Source of the DNA: Candidatus Latescibacterota bacterium
Lineage (GTDB): Bacteria; Latescibacterota; UBA2968; UBA8231
Direction: 5' to 3'
DNA length: 64,000 nt
Assembly: GCA_965203175.1 (NCBI GenBank)
Contig: OZ241867.1
Location: 1,504,001 to 1,568,000, forward strand
Under the pieces are notes generated by a model. That model did no database searches, had not been told where the DNA came from, and saw only the letters and a program-made list of their open reading frames with translations. Made by a program: the position numbers and the translations under genes. Shown here one piece after another: positions 46,837-56,446 of the stretch. The first letter of the stretch is position 1; every line of letters begins with the position of its first letter.

Positions 46837-47847
46837 TTAACGCGGCTTGAATTGCACGGCCAATTTCTCTGCCCATGCCTTGTTCGCGTCGATCGTGCGC
46901 CCGGCATTGTGCGGTGTGTGTACCACGTTGTGCCGCCCCAGCAGCGGATCGTCTAAAGGCAGCGGCTCCTGATCCCACACGTCCGCCGCCAAGCTCAGTT
47001 CATCGGCCATCACTCGCCGCCGGATCGCGTCCGTATCGCAGATCTTCGCTCTGGTCACCAACACCACCAGACAGCCCTTGGGTAGCGCGTCAATGTGTTC
47101 AGCCGCGACCAAGCCGCGCGTCGATTCCGTCAGCGGTACCATGGGCGCGAACACTTCGGCATCGACGACTAGCTGCTCCAGATGGTACTCGCGGCGCGAC
47201 CCAGCCCGGTGAAAGCACGGCTCCGTGGCAAACGGATCCCAAGCCGCCACATCGGCTCCCAGCATCGACGCGAAGCTGGCGTAGCGGCTGGCGATATTGC
47301 CGGCCCCTACGATCCGCACCCGCTTGTCGCACAGCGTGCCACTGGCAAAGGCCGGGTCGTCGCCAAACTGGTGCCCGCGCGCCCCGGGCTGGCCCTGACC
47401 CCCAGGCGGGTCGTAGTCCCAAGGCGCTTGGCTTTGGATGATCTCGCGGTGCAACTGCGGGATTCGCCGCAGCCCGCACAGCGTCAAGGCCAAGCCAAAT
47501 TCCGCCACAGTCTGCGACCAAAACCCCTCGCTCGGATGATTGTAAACGGTGATTCCAGCCTCGGCCAGATACTCGCTACAGCCCTCGCCTAGCCGCCGGC
47601 CATAAGACCCCTGAAAGGTCGCCTCCTGCAAGGCCGTAAAAAGTCGCAGACACGTCAGACTCACCGGCACCCCTAGCGTGGCCAACCGCGTCACTTGGCT
47701 CGGGTCTTCGACCACCTCGCCCAGGGGCCGCTCGTCTCCGTGCGCTAGGCGCACAAAGCCCGCTTCGGGCCACAAGGTGCGGAAGTGGTCGGCGGCAAAG
47801 GGCCAAACTCCGTCAAAATCTGGATGAACGACGATCATATCACTCAT
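46837..47847 (-). CDS. D-2-hydroxyacid dehydrogenase-like protein
   Basis: IVGAGNIA, WDPF, PLT.ST.GLV, TRA, DVWDQEP, TPHNAG; start MSDM. Confidence 0.85.
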   Translation of the reverse strand: MSDMIVVHPDFDGVWPFAADHFRTLWPEAGFVRLAHGDERPLGEVVEDPSQVTRLATLGVPVSLTCLRLFTALQEATFQGSYGRRLGEGCSEYLAEAGITVYNHPSEGFWSQTVAEFGLALTLCGLRRIPQLHREIIQSQAPWDYDPPGGQGQPGARGHQFGDDPAFASGTLCDKRVRIVGAGNIASRYASFASMLGADVAAWDPFATEPCFHRAGSRREYHLEQLVVDAEVFAPMVPLTESTRGLVAAEHIDALPKGCLVVLVTRAKICDTDAIRRRVMADELSLAADVWDQEPLPLDDPLLGRHNVVHTPHNAGRTIDANKAWAEKLAVQFKPR

Positions 47848-47848
47848 G

Positions 47849-48730
47849 TTATTCGCTCTCCTGACAAAAAAACGGCTGCGTCCAAGCAAACGCCTCTCCT
47901 GCGCCCCAACACTCAAAGCGCACGTATCCCGCTCGCTCCGGCACTTCCACCTCAATTTCCCGCCCATCGGCCACGGCTATCCGCTTCGCTCCAGCGCGCA
48001 AAGCCACGATCCGCGCCGCATTCTCCGTCTCAATCCAGATCCTGTTTCCCTCGACTTGGATCTGGTTGATCTCAACACCCGTCGAGGCGTAAAACCGACC
48101 GGCGCGCAGGGCCTCCAATACGCCGCTGGCGGTCTCCTCCTCTACGTAGGCCACATTCCACCCCAACCCCACATCGCCCTCGGCCGCGTGGCTGTCGTCG
48201 TTGGCAAACCCCCACAGGCGTCTTCCCGCGCTCAGCAGCATGTCCCAGCGATTCGTCGCGTAGGGGCTGCCCTCCAAGCGGCAGATCACGCCGTTGTATA
48301 TCTCCAAGCCCACGTAGCCCTCGCAGGCCTGCAAAAGCTCCTGCGGACAGTGGTTGAAATTGCCGTGCCAGTTGGGGTGGTTGAAAAGGGCAAAACCACC
48401 GCCCGATTTGTTGACCTCGTCAATTACTCGTTGCCGGTCCGCATGCGGCGCGACCCACCCTGCGTCCCCCACGTGCAAAACATGCGGGCCGTTGGCTGAG
48501 ATTTCATTGCCCGGAACTAGGATCATCCCTTGTGCATCGTATTGCCCGTAGTCTTCCAAGGACGTATAGATGTCGTGATCGCTGATCGCCAAGAAGCCGT
48601 AGCCGCGGCCCGCGTAATCGTCGATTACCGCTTGGTGATCGCGCTCGCCGTCGCTGGCGGTCGTATGCGTGTGCAGGTTGCCGACTAGCCAGCGTCCTCC
48701 GCTCAAAGTCTGATAGGGATGTTCGATCAT
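47849..48730 (-). CDS. PHP-domain metallohydrolase (CehA/McbA-like)
   Basis: GNLHTHTT.SDG, FLAISDHD, GNE, NHP, LEIYN, WD..L..G, DDSH, AL.AG.FYASTG. Confidence 0.88.
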   Translation of the reverse strand: MIEHPYQTLSGGRWLVGNLHTHTTASDGERDHQAVIDDYAGRGYGFLAISDHDIYTSLEDYGQYDAQGMILVPGNEISANGPHVLHVGDAGWVAPHADRQRVIDEVNKSGGGFALFNHPNWHGNFNHCPQELLQACEGYVGLEIYNGVICRLEGSPYATNRWDMLLSAGRRLWGFANDDSHAAEGDVGLGWNVAYVEEETASGVLEALRAGRFYASTGVEINQIQVEGNRIWIETENAARIVALRAGAKRIAVADGREIEVEVPERAGYVRFECWGAGEAFAWTQPFFCQESE

Positions 48731-48808
48731 TGGTTTCTCCTCGTTGGGAAGCGGCCTCAAAATACAGGAGCACTCTGCGGGCGACAAGGGAAGGCTCGCC
48801 GGGCAGTG

Positions 48809-48837
48809 TTGACGCGAAAAGTAAGTGGCCGTTTAAT
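48809..48837 (+). promoter_or_regulatory. Putative sigma70 promoter for the enolase-PhyH-rfbA operon
   Basis: TTGACG-17 nt-TTTAAT. Confidence 0.55.
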
Positions 48838-48888
48838 ACAGACCCGTGCAGAGATAGACTTTAAACACATGATCGAAATAGGAACCCG

Positions 48889-50043
48889 ATGAAAATCACC
48901 GACATCCACACGCTTTCGCTCTCGCGCGCCCACGAGCCTGAGCTTCAGTGGTACAGCGCCACCTTCCACGTGCCCAAGGCCGACTGCTCGATCTGCATCA
49001 TCGAAACCGACGAAGGCTTGCAGGGCATCGCCGAGCCTTGCGCGTACGGCGTGCCACCCGCAATCGCCGCTCGCATCGACGAACTCAAGCTCAGTCTCAT
49101 CGGCCGCGACCCCCGCGACGAAGATCTGACGCCGCACAACCAAGCGGAGCGCGCCAACGACATCGCCAACGCCGGCCTCAACTGCGCGCTGTGGGATTTG
49201 CGCGGCAAGATCGCTGGCAAACCCACCGCCGACCTGCTCTGCGCGCCAGGACAGAAACCCCTGCGCCGCCTCCGCCTCTACGCTTCCTCAGGCGTGCGCT
49301 ACGACTGGGACGACCACCCCGAATCTGTCGTCGAAGAGGCCATCGGCTATGCCGAAGAGGGTTTCACCGCCTACAAGATGCGCATAGGCACCCACTGGGC
49401 TTGGTCGGGCGTCACCGTCGATCGCTTCCTGAAAATAGCGCGCCGAGTCCACGAGGCCGTGGGTGCGCGCATGGACCTGGCCCTCGACGGCAATTGCCGC
49501 CTCTCGATGGAGGAGGCACTGCCCATTGCCGAGGCGCTCGACGAAATGGGTTGGGCTTGGTTTGAGGAGCCGGTCGAACGCGTGCCCGCGGACTACGCCC
49601 GGCTCAACGAGGCCGTCTCCATCCCCGTCACCGGTGGCGAGCCGTTTACCACGTGGGCGCAGTTCGAGCCATTCATGGAGGTGGGGGGCTTCGGCATCGT
49701 CCAGCCCGACGCTGGCGTCTGCGGCATCGACCTCTGCCTAGAAGTCGGCCACAAGGCCCACTTCGACTACGGCGGCATACCCCTGATTCCGCACAACTGG
49801 CACAATGGCCTGATGACCATGGCCAACGCCCACATGGTCGCGGCACTGCCCGATCCGCGTCTAGTCGAGCTAAATATGAAACAGGGGCCGCTACAGTGGG
49901 AAATTCTGCGCGAAAAGCCACTGATCGAAGACGGCCACTTGGTCCTGCCCGACTCTCCGGGCTTCGGCGTCGAGCTAGCCGACGACCTCGAAACGCGCTT
50001 CCCGTACATCGAAGGCTCCTGGGGCGATCCCGTACAGCGCTGA
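48889..50043 (+). CDS. Mandelate racemase/muconate-lactonizing enzyme family protein
   Basis: ALWDLRGK..G.P, YKMR, LDGN, WFEEP, GGE, VQPD....G, PHNW, PGFG. Confidence 0.9.
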   Translation: MKITDIHTLSLSRAHEPELQWYSATFHVPKADCSICIIETDEGLQGIAEPCAYGVPPAIAARIDELKLSLIGRDPRDEDLTPHNQAERANDIANAGLNCALWDLRGKIAGKPTADLLCAPGQKPLRRLRLYASSGVRYDWDDHPESVVEEAIGYAEEGFTAYKMRIGTHWAWSGVTVDRFLKIARRVHEAVGARMDLALDGNCRLSMEEALPIAEALDEMGWAWFEEPVERVPADYARLNEAVSIPVTGGEPFTTWAQFEPFMEVGGFGIVQPDAGVCGIDLCLEVGHKAHFDYGGIPLIPHNWHNGLMTMANAHMVAALPDPRLVELNMKQGPLQWEILREKPLIEDGHLVLPDSPGFGVELADDLETRFPYIEGSWGDPVQR

Positions 50044-50049
50044 GGACTC

Positions 50050-50883
50050 ATGGTCACCGACCTCGAAAATTATCTCTTCGACCTACGCGGCTACCTGCAC
50101 TTAGAAGAGGTGCTTACCGCCGATGAGGTCAAAGATCTCAACGATTGCCTCGACGCCATCCCGCTCCTAGATCCGGGCGACTGGTACGGGCACATCCACG
50201 CCCACACCTATGGCACGATTGACGGCCTCAACTTGCAGCAAATCTACGAGGCGGGCGAGCCTTTTGAGCGGATGATTGACCATCCCGCTTGGATCGAAAA
50301 AGTCAAGCACTTCGTCGGCGGCGAGGGCACGTTCGACTACGCACACGGGCCGCTCTTCATCGACGAAAACTTTGCCAACTTCCGCCAGCCTGGGGAGGCC
50401 ATCGGCCTGCACTCTGGCGGCTATCCGCCCATCATGCGCAACCAATTCCGCTACCACGGCGGGCGCTACATGTGCGGCCAAATCAACATCCTCGTCGCGC
50501 TCACGGACATCGGCCCGGGCGATGGCTGCACCATGCTGATCCCCGGCAGCCACAAGTCCAACTTCATGCATCCCGACTTAGACCGGCATCGCATGAGGCC
50601 CGAAGGCGCTACCGTCGAGGGCATCACCGGCGCAATCGAGTGCCACATGGCCAAGGGCGACGCTCTGCTTTTCGTCGATGGCCTCTCGCACGGCTCGGCC
50701 CGGCGCAAAAACGAGGGCACGCGCCGGATTTTCGTCTATCGCTACGGACCCTCCTGGGGCAACTTCCGCCACGGCTACCATCCCTCGGACGAGCTGTTGG
50801 CGCGCCTGACGCCCGAGCGGCGGCAGATCGTCTGGCCGCAGAGGCCCCGTCCCCAAGGACCGCAAAAAAAGGCTACCGAGTAA
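50050..50883 (+). CDS. PhyH-family dioxygenase with atypical H-S-G metal motif
   Basis: YLFDLRGYL, GLHSGG, ALTDIGPGDG.T.LIPGSHKSN, GDALLF...LSHG, R...YRY. Confidence 0.85.
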   Translation: MVTDLENYLFDLRGYLHLEEVLTADEVKDLNDCLDAIPLLDPGDWYGHIHAHTYGTIDGLNLQQIYEAGEPFERMIDHPAWIEKVKHFVGGEGTFDYAHGPLFIDENFANFRQPGEAIGLHSGGYPPIMRNQFRYHGGRYMCGQINILVALTDIGPGDGCTMLIPGSHKSNFMHPDLDRHRMRPEGATVEGITGAIECHMAKGDALLFVDGLSHGSARRKNEGTRRIFVYRYGPSWGNFRHGYHPSDELLARLTPERRQIVWPQRPRPQGPQKKATE

Positions 50884-50887
50884 ATCC

Positions 50888-51769
50888 ATGAAGGGCATCA
50901 TCCTCGCCGGCGGCCAAGGCACGCGCCTTTACCCCCTGACCGTATCGGTCTCCAAGCAGATCCTGCCGATTTTTGACAAGCCGATGATCTACTACCCGCT
51001 CTCGGTGCTCATGCTGGCCGATATCCGCGAGATTCTCATCATCTCCAGCCCAGAGCACACCAATCTCTACCGCCAGCTCTTCGGCGACGGCGAGCGGCTG
51101 GGGCTGCGCATTGAATACGCAGTCCAAGACCGGCCCGAGGGCGTGGCCCACGCCTTTGTCGTGGGGGCCGATTTTGCCGGCCGCGATCCCTGTGCCTTGA
51201 TATTCGGCGACAACTTCCTCTACGGACACGGCCTGACGGCGATCCTACAGCGCGCTAGCCAGCTACGGGAGGGGGGATTGGCCTTCGCGTACTACGTAAA
51301 GGATCCTTCGAGCTACGGAGTCGTCGAATTCGACGCCGCAGGCAACGCCATCAGCATTGAAGAGAAGCCGCAAACCCCCAAGTCCAACTACGCGGTCATC
51401 GGCCTTTATTTTTACGACGGCGAGGTCGTCGACATCGTCCGCAGCCTCAAACCCTCGGCCCGCGGCGAGTTGGAGATTACCGATGTCAACAACGAGTATC
51501 TCCGCCGCAAACAGCTCAAAGTCGAGGTATTGGGGCGGGGCTTTGCCTGGTTCGACACCGGCACGCACGAGAGCCTGCTAGAGGCCAGCGACTTCGTCCA
51601 AACCATCGAGCACCGGCAGGGGCTCAAAGTGGGCTGCGTCGAGGAAATAGCGTACCGCAAGGGCTACATTGGCGAAGAACAGCTCCTCCACATCGCCAAT
51701 TACTCCGAAGACAATGCGTACTGCCTCTATCTGAAGCACCTCGTCGAACGGGCCGGGCCGACGTTCTAA
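50888..51769 (+). CDS. rfbA: Glucose-1-phosphate thymidylyltransferase
   Basis: MKGIILAGGQGTRLYP, SKQ.LP..DKPMIYYPLS, YGVVEFD, EEKP..PKSN, PSARGELEITD, WFDTGT. Confidence 0.97.
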   Translation: MKGIILAGGQGTRLYPLTVSVSKQILPIFDKPMIYYPLSVLMLADIREILIISSPEHTNLYRQLFGDGERLGLRIEYAVQDRPEGVAHAFVVGADFAGRDPCALIFGDNFLYGHGLTAILQRASQLREGGLAFAYYVKDPSSYGVVEFDAAGNAISIEEKPQTPKSNYAVIGLYFYDGEVVDIVRSLKPSARGELEITDVNNEYLRRKQLKVEVLGRGFAWFDTGTHESLLEASDFVQTIEHRQGLKVGCVEEIAYRKGYIGEEQLLHIANYSEDNAYCLYLKHLVERAGPTF

Positions 51770-51775
51770 CGCCTT

Positions 51776-51803
51776 TTGACTTATCGGCCCGCTGCCATAC
51801 CTT
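51776..51803 (+). promoter_or_regulatory. Putative sigma70 promoter for the oad operon
   Basis: TTGACT-16 nt-TACCTT. Confidence 0.4.
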
Positions 51804-51836
51804 AATGTTTTTCACTTTCCGCGCAGTCACTTAGAC

Positions 51837-52088
51837 ATGAAGCAACTCGCACTCGACAACCCACTCGCTCAAGGGCTCGACCTAGCCTTCGTGGGCATGA
51901 GCATCGTCTTCACCGCCCTAGTATTGGTCAGCATTTTTATCACTGTATTGCCGAGGATCCTCGCCGCGATCCACCCCTATATTCCCCCAGCTCAACTCCA
52001 CACGCAGAGTCATAGCAGAGAAACCGACGCACCCGCCATCGCCGCGGCCATCGGCTTCGCCCTGCACGCGCGCCGCCAAAACGACTAA
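51837..52088 (+). CDS. oadG: Na+-translocating decarboxylase gamma subunit (OadG family)
   Basis: GMSIVF..L TM helix, linker, IAAAI..ALH; lies upstream of the beta subunit. Confidence 0.8.
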   Translation: MKQLALDNPLAQGLDLAFVGMSIVFTALVLVSIFITVLPRILAAIHPYIPPAQLHTQSHSRETDAPAIAAAIGFALHARRQND

Positions 52089-52094
52089 ACGGCC

Positions 52095-53222
52095 ATGGAA
52101 ATTCTCCTCGAATTCCTCACCACCACGGCCGTGGCCAATATGTCGGGCGGCAATCTGTTGATGATCGTTATCGGCGCGATTTTCATTTCTCTAGCCGTCC
52201 GCAAGGACTACGAGCCGCTGCTGCTGTTGCCGATTGGCTTTGGCTGCATCGTGGGCAATCTCCCGTCCATCTCCAGCATGGCCATCGGCGTGTACGACAA
52301 AGGCAGTGTGCTCTACTACATCTACTTCGGCGTCAGTCAAGGGGTCTTCCCGCCACTGATCTTTCTCGGCATCGGCGCGATGACCGATTTCTCGATCATG
52401 CTCTCCAGCCCCCGGCTGGTCCTACTCGGGGCAGCAGCGCAGACGGGCATTTTCCTGACCTTGATCGGCGCGCTTTACCTGGGCTTCACTCCGGCCGAGT
52501 CCGGGGCTATCGGCATTATCGGCGGGGCCGACGGACCAACGGCGATCTTCCTCGCGGCCAAGCTAGCTCCTCACCTGCTCGGGGCCATTGCCATTGCCGC
52601 GTACTCCTACATGGCCTTGGTACCAGTAATTCAGCCGCCGGTGATGAAACTCTTGACCACCCGCAAGGAGCGGCTGATTCGCATGAAGCCCCCGAGGGAA
52701 GTGTCGCAGCGCGAAAAGATCATCTTTCCCATCGTCGCTTTCCTCATCTGCGCGCTCCTCGCCCCGGGTGCGATCGGGCTGCTCGGCATGCTGTTCTTCG
52801 GCAATCTGCTCAAGGAAAGCGGCGTCACCGAGCGCTTGGCCCAGACCGCCCGCACCTCGATGGTCGATATCGTCACCATCCTCCTCGGGTTCTCGGTCGG
52901 TTGCTCGACCCAAGCCCAGACCTTTCTCACGCCGCAATCGGTACTCATTTTCAGCCTCGGTGCCTTGTCCTTTGCAGTCGCCACGGCCAGCGGCGTGCTC
53001 TTCGCCAAGTTTTTGAACCTCTTCACCAAAGACAAAATCAACCCCCTTGTCGGCGCTGCCGGGGTCTCGGCCGTGCCCGACTCGGCCCGCGTGGTGCAGA
53101 TGATGGGCCAGCGCGAAGACCCCAATAACTACCTGCTGATGCACGCGATGGCTCCCAATGTCGCCGGAGTCATTGGCTCGGCGGTAGGTGCCGGCGTCTT
53201 GTGGTCCGTGTTGGTGGGATAG
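52095..53222 (+). CDS. oadB: Na+-translocating decarboxylase beta subunit
   Basis: YEPLLLLPIGFG, PPLIFLGIGAMTDF, IGIIGGADGPT, AAYSYMALVP, GAAGVSAVP, HAM.PNV.GVIGSA. Confidence 0.95.
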   Translation: MEILLEFLTTTAVANMSGGNLLMIVIGAIFISLAVRKDYEPLLLLPIGFGCIVGNLPSISSMAIGVYDKGSVLYYIYFGVSQGVFPPLIFLGIGAMTDFSIMLSSPRLVLLGAAAQTGIFLTLIGALYLGFTPAESGAIGIIGGADGPTAIFLAAKLAPHLLGAIAIAAYSYMALVPVIQPPVMKLLTTRKERLIRMKPPREVSQREKIIFPIVAFLICALLAPGAIGLLGMLFFGNLLKESGVTERLAQTARTSMVDIVTILLGFSVGCSTQAQTFLTPQSVLIFSLGALSFAVATASGVLFAKFLNLFTKDKINPLVGAAGVSAVPDSARVVQMMGQREDPNNYLLMHAMAPNVAGVIGSAVGAGVLWSVLVG

Positions 53223-53239
53223 ACAACGAGGATGCGACC

Positions 53240-55048
53240 GTGAATAAGAAGAAAGTTCGCTTCATGTGTACCGCCTTCCGCGACGGTTTCCAGTCGGTCT
53301 ATGGCGCGCGCGTTTTCACGTCCGATTTTCTGCCTGCCGTCGCCGCGGCCAGGGAAGCTGGCATCGACTACTTTGAGGCCGGCGGCGGGGCCTGTTTCCA
53401 ATCGTTCTACTTCTACTGCGGCGAGGACGCCTTTGCCGCGATGGACGCCTTTCGCGCCACGGTCGGCCCGGACGCCGACCTCCAGACCTTGGCGCGGGGA
53501 GTCAACGTGGTCGGCCTCGAATCGCAGCCGAGCGATATCATTAAGCTTCACGCCGATCTCTTCAAAAAGCACGGCATCACCACCATCCGCAATTTCGACG
53601 CGCTCAACGACGTCGATAACCTCATCTACTCGGGGCAGTGCATTGTAGATGCCGGGCTCAAACACCAAGTCTGTGTCACGCTGATGGAGCTGCCTCCGGG
53701 CTGCGCCGGTGCTCACGACGCGGCCTTCTACACCAAGACCTTGCGCCAGATACTAGACGCCGGCATCCCGTACGATGCGGTCTGCTTTAAGGATGCCTCG
53801 GGCACGGCCGTGCCCTCTAAAGTCTACGAAACCATCTCCGAGGCGCGGCTCATGCTGCCCGAGGATACCTTCATCCACTTCCACACCCACGAGACAGCCG
53901 GCATTGGCGTCAGTGCCAACATGGCCGCCCTCGACGCTGGGGCCGACGCCATCGACCTGTCTATGGCTCCCTGCTCCGGCGGCACCTGCCAGCCCGACAT
54001 CATCGTCATGTGGCACGCGCTGCGCGGCTCCGACTACGACCTCGACATCGACGTCGACAAGGTCCGCGACGCCGAGGAAGTCTTCAAGGAGTGCATGGCC
54101 GACTACTTCCTGCCGCCCGAAGCAGTGGCCGTGGAGCCGATGATTCCCTGGAGCCCCATGCCCGGCGGCGCGCTGACGGCCAACACCCAGATGCTGCGCG
54201 ACAACGGCATCATGGACAAGTACCCGGACATGATCAAGGCCATGCGCGAAGTCGTCGAAAAGGGCGGATTCGGCACCTCGGTGACGCCGGTCTCGCAGTT
54301 TTACTTTCAGCAGGCTTTCAACAACGTCATGTTCGGCCCTTGGGAGCGAATCGCCGCGCCCTACGGCCAGATGGTCTTGGGCTACTTCGGCAAGACGCCG
54401 GTCGCGCCCGACCCCTCGGTCGTCGAAATCGCCGCCCAACAGCTCGGGCTAGAGCCAACGACCCAAAAGCCGCTCGAACGCAACGACGCCGATCCGAACA
54501 AGGGCGTTGAACCAGCCCGCAAACAACTACAGGAAGCCGGCCTTGAAGAGACGGACGAAAACATTTTTATCGTCGCCGCCTGTCAAGACAAGGGCCTCGC
54601 CTTCCTCAAGGGAGAAGGCGAAATCGGCGTGCGCAAAGTGGAAAAAGAGCAAGAGAAGGAGGCCCCGACCGACGGTCCGGCGCACTATGCGATCACCGTC
54701 GATGGCCGTCGCTATGCCGTGGCCATTGACGGCGATACGGCCACGGTTGATGGCCGCCGCTTCCAAGTCAGTTTGGAGCAGGAGCAATCGACAGATGCGG
54801 CGGCTCCCTCCTCACCAGCACCCAAGGCCGGCGATGGCACGCCGGTGCAAGCCCAGATGCCTGGGAAAGTAATCCGCCACCTCGTCCAAATCGGCGACCA
54901 CGTAGAGGCGGGCGACGGAATCATCGTGCTCGAAGCCATGAAGATGGAAATGCCGGTAACAGCTCCCGTCGAAGGCACGGTCGCCGATATTTTGGTCCAT
55001 GCTGGGGATCAGGTGGCCGACGGACAGGTGCTGGCGCGTATAACCTAA
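53240..55048 (+). CDS. oadA: Oxaloacetate decarboxylase alpha/pyruvate carboxyltransferase subunit with biotinyl domain
   Basis: RDGFQS, FDALND, FKDASG, HFHTH, MPGG, VTPVSQ, EAMKM; GTG start. Confidence 0.88.
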   Translation: MNKKKVRFMCTAFRDGFQSVYGARVFTSDFLPAVAAAREAGIDYFEAGGGACFQSFYFYCGEDAFAAMDAFRATVGPDADLQTLARGVNVVGLESQPSDIIKLHADLFKKHGITTIRNFDALNDVDNLIYSGQCIVDAGLKHQVCVTLMELPPGCAGAHDAAFYTKTLRQILDAGIPYDAVCFKDASGTAVPSKVYETISEARLMLPEDTFIHFHTHETAGIGVSANMAALDAGADAIDLSMAPCSGGTCQPDIIVMWHALRGSDYDLDIDVDKVRDAEEVFKECMADYFLPPEAVAVEPMIPWSPMPGGALTANTQMLRDNGIMDKYPDMIKAMREVVEKGGFGTSVTPVSQFYFQQAFNNVMFGPWERIAAPYGQMVLGYFGKTPVAPDPSVVEIAAQQLGLEPTTQKPLERNDADPNKGVEPARKQLQEAGLEETDENIFIVAACQDKGLAFLKGEGEIGVRKVEKEQEKEAPTDGPAHYAITVDGRRYAVAIDGDTATVDGRRFQVSLEQEQSTDAAAPSSPAPKAGDGTPVQAQMPGKVIRHLVQIGDHVEAGDGIIVLEAMKMEMPVTAPVEGTVADILVHAGDQVADGQVLARIT

Positions 55049-55104
55049 TCCACATCGCCGATCCACACCTCTCGACAGAATGCCTCGATTCGCGCCTGCG
55101 CTGG

Positions 55105-55488
55105 CTAGGCGGCTCCTTCTCCCGTCCTTTTAAGCCGTACCGCCGGGAGTCTTTTCAGTCGCTGATTGAGCGGATCCACTTCAATGCCCACCGATTCGAG
55201 GGCCGTTACCCCCAACAGCGGCTCGGCGTCATCCGCGCCGCAGATAATCGTGCCGCCGACGATTTCGCCCATGAATTCGATATCCGCGGTCGTGATGTCG
55301 AGCTTGAGTTCGGTCCCATTAGCCAACTCATACGTCCGCTGACTTTTCGGCTCAAGACCGATGGCTTCGAGGTGCTGCCTTGGGACGAGGCAATCCGTCG
55401 CCCCAGTATCGACCAGAAATAGCCCTTCCCAAGTGCGGTGTGGCGCAGCCGGGTTGCGAATGGTTACGGTGACGTGTGTGGCTCCCAT
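55105..55488 (-). CDS. Clan AA (retropepsin-like) aspartic protease
   Basis: FLVDTGAT, YELANG, EPLLGVTALE..G..VDP...L. Confidence 0.85.
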   Translation of the reverse strand: MGATHVTVTIRNPAAPHRTWEGLFLVDTGATDCLVPRQHLEAIGLEPKSQRTYELANGTELKLDITTADIEFMGEIVGGTIICGADDAEPLLGVTALESVGIEVDPLNQRLKRLPAVRLKRTGEGAA

Positions 55489-55605
55489 GTCCGTTCCTTT
55501 TTTGCAAGTTTCGTGGGCTTATCTCCACTACTCGTTAGAACTTCCAAGACGACGCCTAGCACGTCAACTGCCCCTTCTTTACATGGAGGTGCTGGCGCGC
55601 ATAAG

Positions 55606-56310
55606 CTAAGCCACATCCCCGGTCCACACCTCGCGCCGCGTCCCATCGTCCTCGCGCAGCAACAGTTGCCCGGCTGCGCCAAAGCCCAGCACCACGCCCG
55701 TGTACTCGCCGACTGAGACGTACTGGCCCAAGTTGGCGCAGTGCGACTCCCACGCCGCGCTCAGCGCAGCAAAACCGCCTTTTTCCCAGCGCCCAACCCA
55801 CACCTGCAAATGCGCCAGCAGCTCGGCCAATGCTCTCTCGACATCGCGCTCGGTTCCCGTCTCAATCCGCAGCGAGGTCGCGGGCTGGCCGATGGCCGCC
55901 GCCTCGTCGGCATCCATGTTGACGTTGAGGCCGATACCGAGGACGACCCCATTGCAGCGCTCGGCCAAAATGCCGCAGATCTTGCGGCCACCCACTAGCA
56001 CATCGTTGGGCCACTTGGTCTGCGCCGCCAAACCTTTTTCCTCCAAATAGGCCACCACGCCCAAAGCCGCGGCCTGCGGCAGCGACAGGAACTGCAACGG
56101 CGACGCAGCGGTCTGCAGCAACGCGGAAAAGGTCAAGTTGCGGCCAGGCCGGGTGAGCCACTGCCGCTCGTAGCGGCCCCGGCCAGCGGTCTGGGAACGA
56201 GCGGCGAGCACGAAGCCGTCGGGCAGATCCCGACCCTCGCGCAGCCACTCGACCAAGGTCGTATTGGTCGAGGGCAACTCGTCGTGCCACTGGGGTTTTT
56301 GGAATTGCAT
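55606..56310 (-). CDS. birA: Biotin--[acetyl-CoA-carboxylase] ligase (no N-terminal HTH)
   Basis: STN, QTAGRGR..R.W, KWPND, KICGIL, GIGLNVN; start MQFQ. Confidence 0.93.
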   Translation of the reverse strand: MQFQKPQWHDELPSTNTTLVEWLREGRDLPDGFVLAARSQTAGRGRYERQWLTRPGRNLTFSALLQTAASPLQFLSLPQAAALGVVAYLEEKGLAAQTKWPNDVLVGGRKICGILAERCNGVVLGIGLNVNMDADEAAAIGQPATSLRIETGTERDVERALAELLAHLQVWVGRWEKGGFAALSAAWESHCANLGQYVSVGEYTGVVLGFGAAGQLLLREDDGTRREVWTGDVA

Positions 56311-56361
56311 CGTTTTAGTGTTAATATAGGGACGAAGGCCAAACGCCGGGAAAGCTCGCAT

Positions 56362-56391
56362 TTGACCATGAGATGTTCCTCTTGGTATTCT
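56362..56391 (+). promoter_or_regulatory. Putative sigma70 promoter for phoX
   Basis: TTGACC-18 nt-TATTCT with an extended -10 TG. Confidence 0.45.
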
Positions 56392-56446
56392 CGTACAAGT
56401 CCCCTTCGAGCCGATCCCATGGCTCTTAGCCATAGGAGATAATCCC

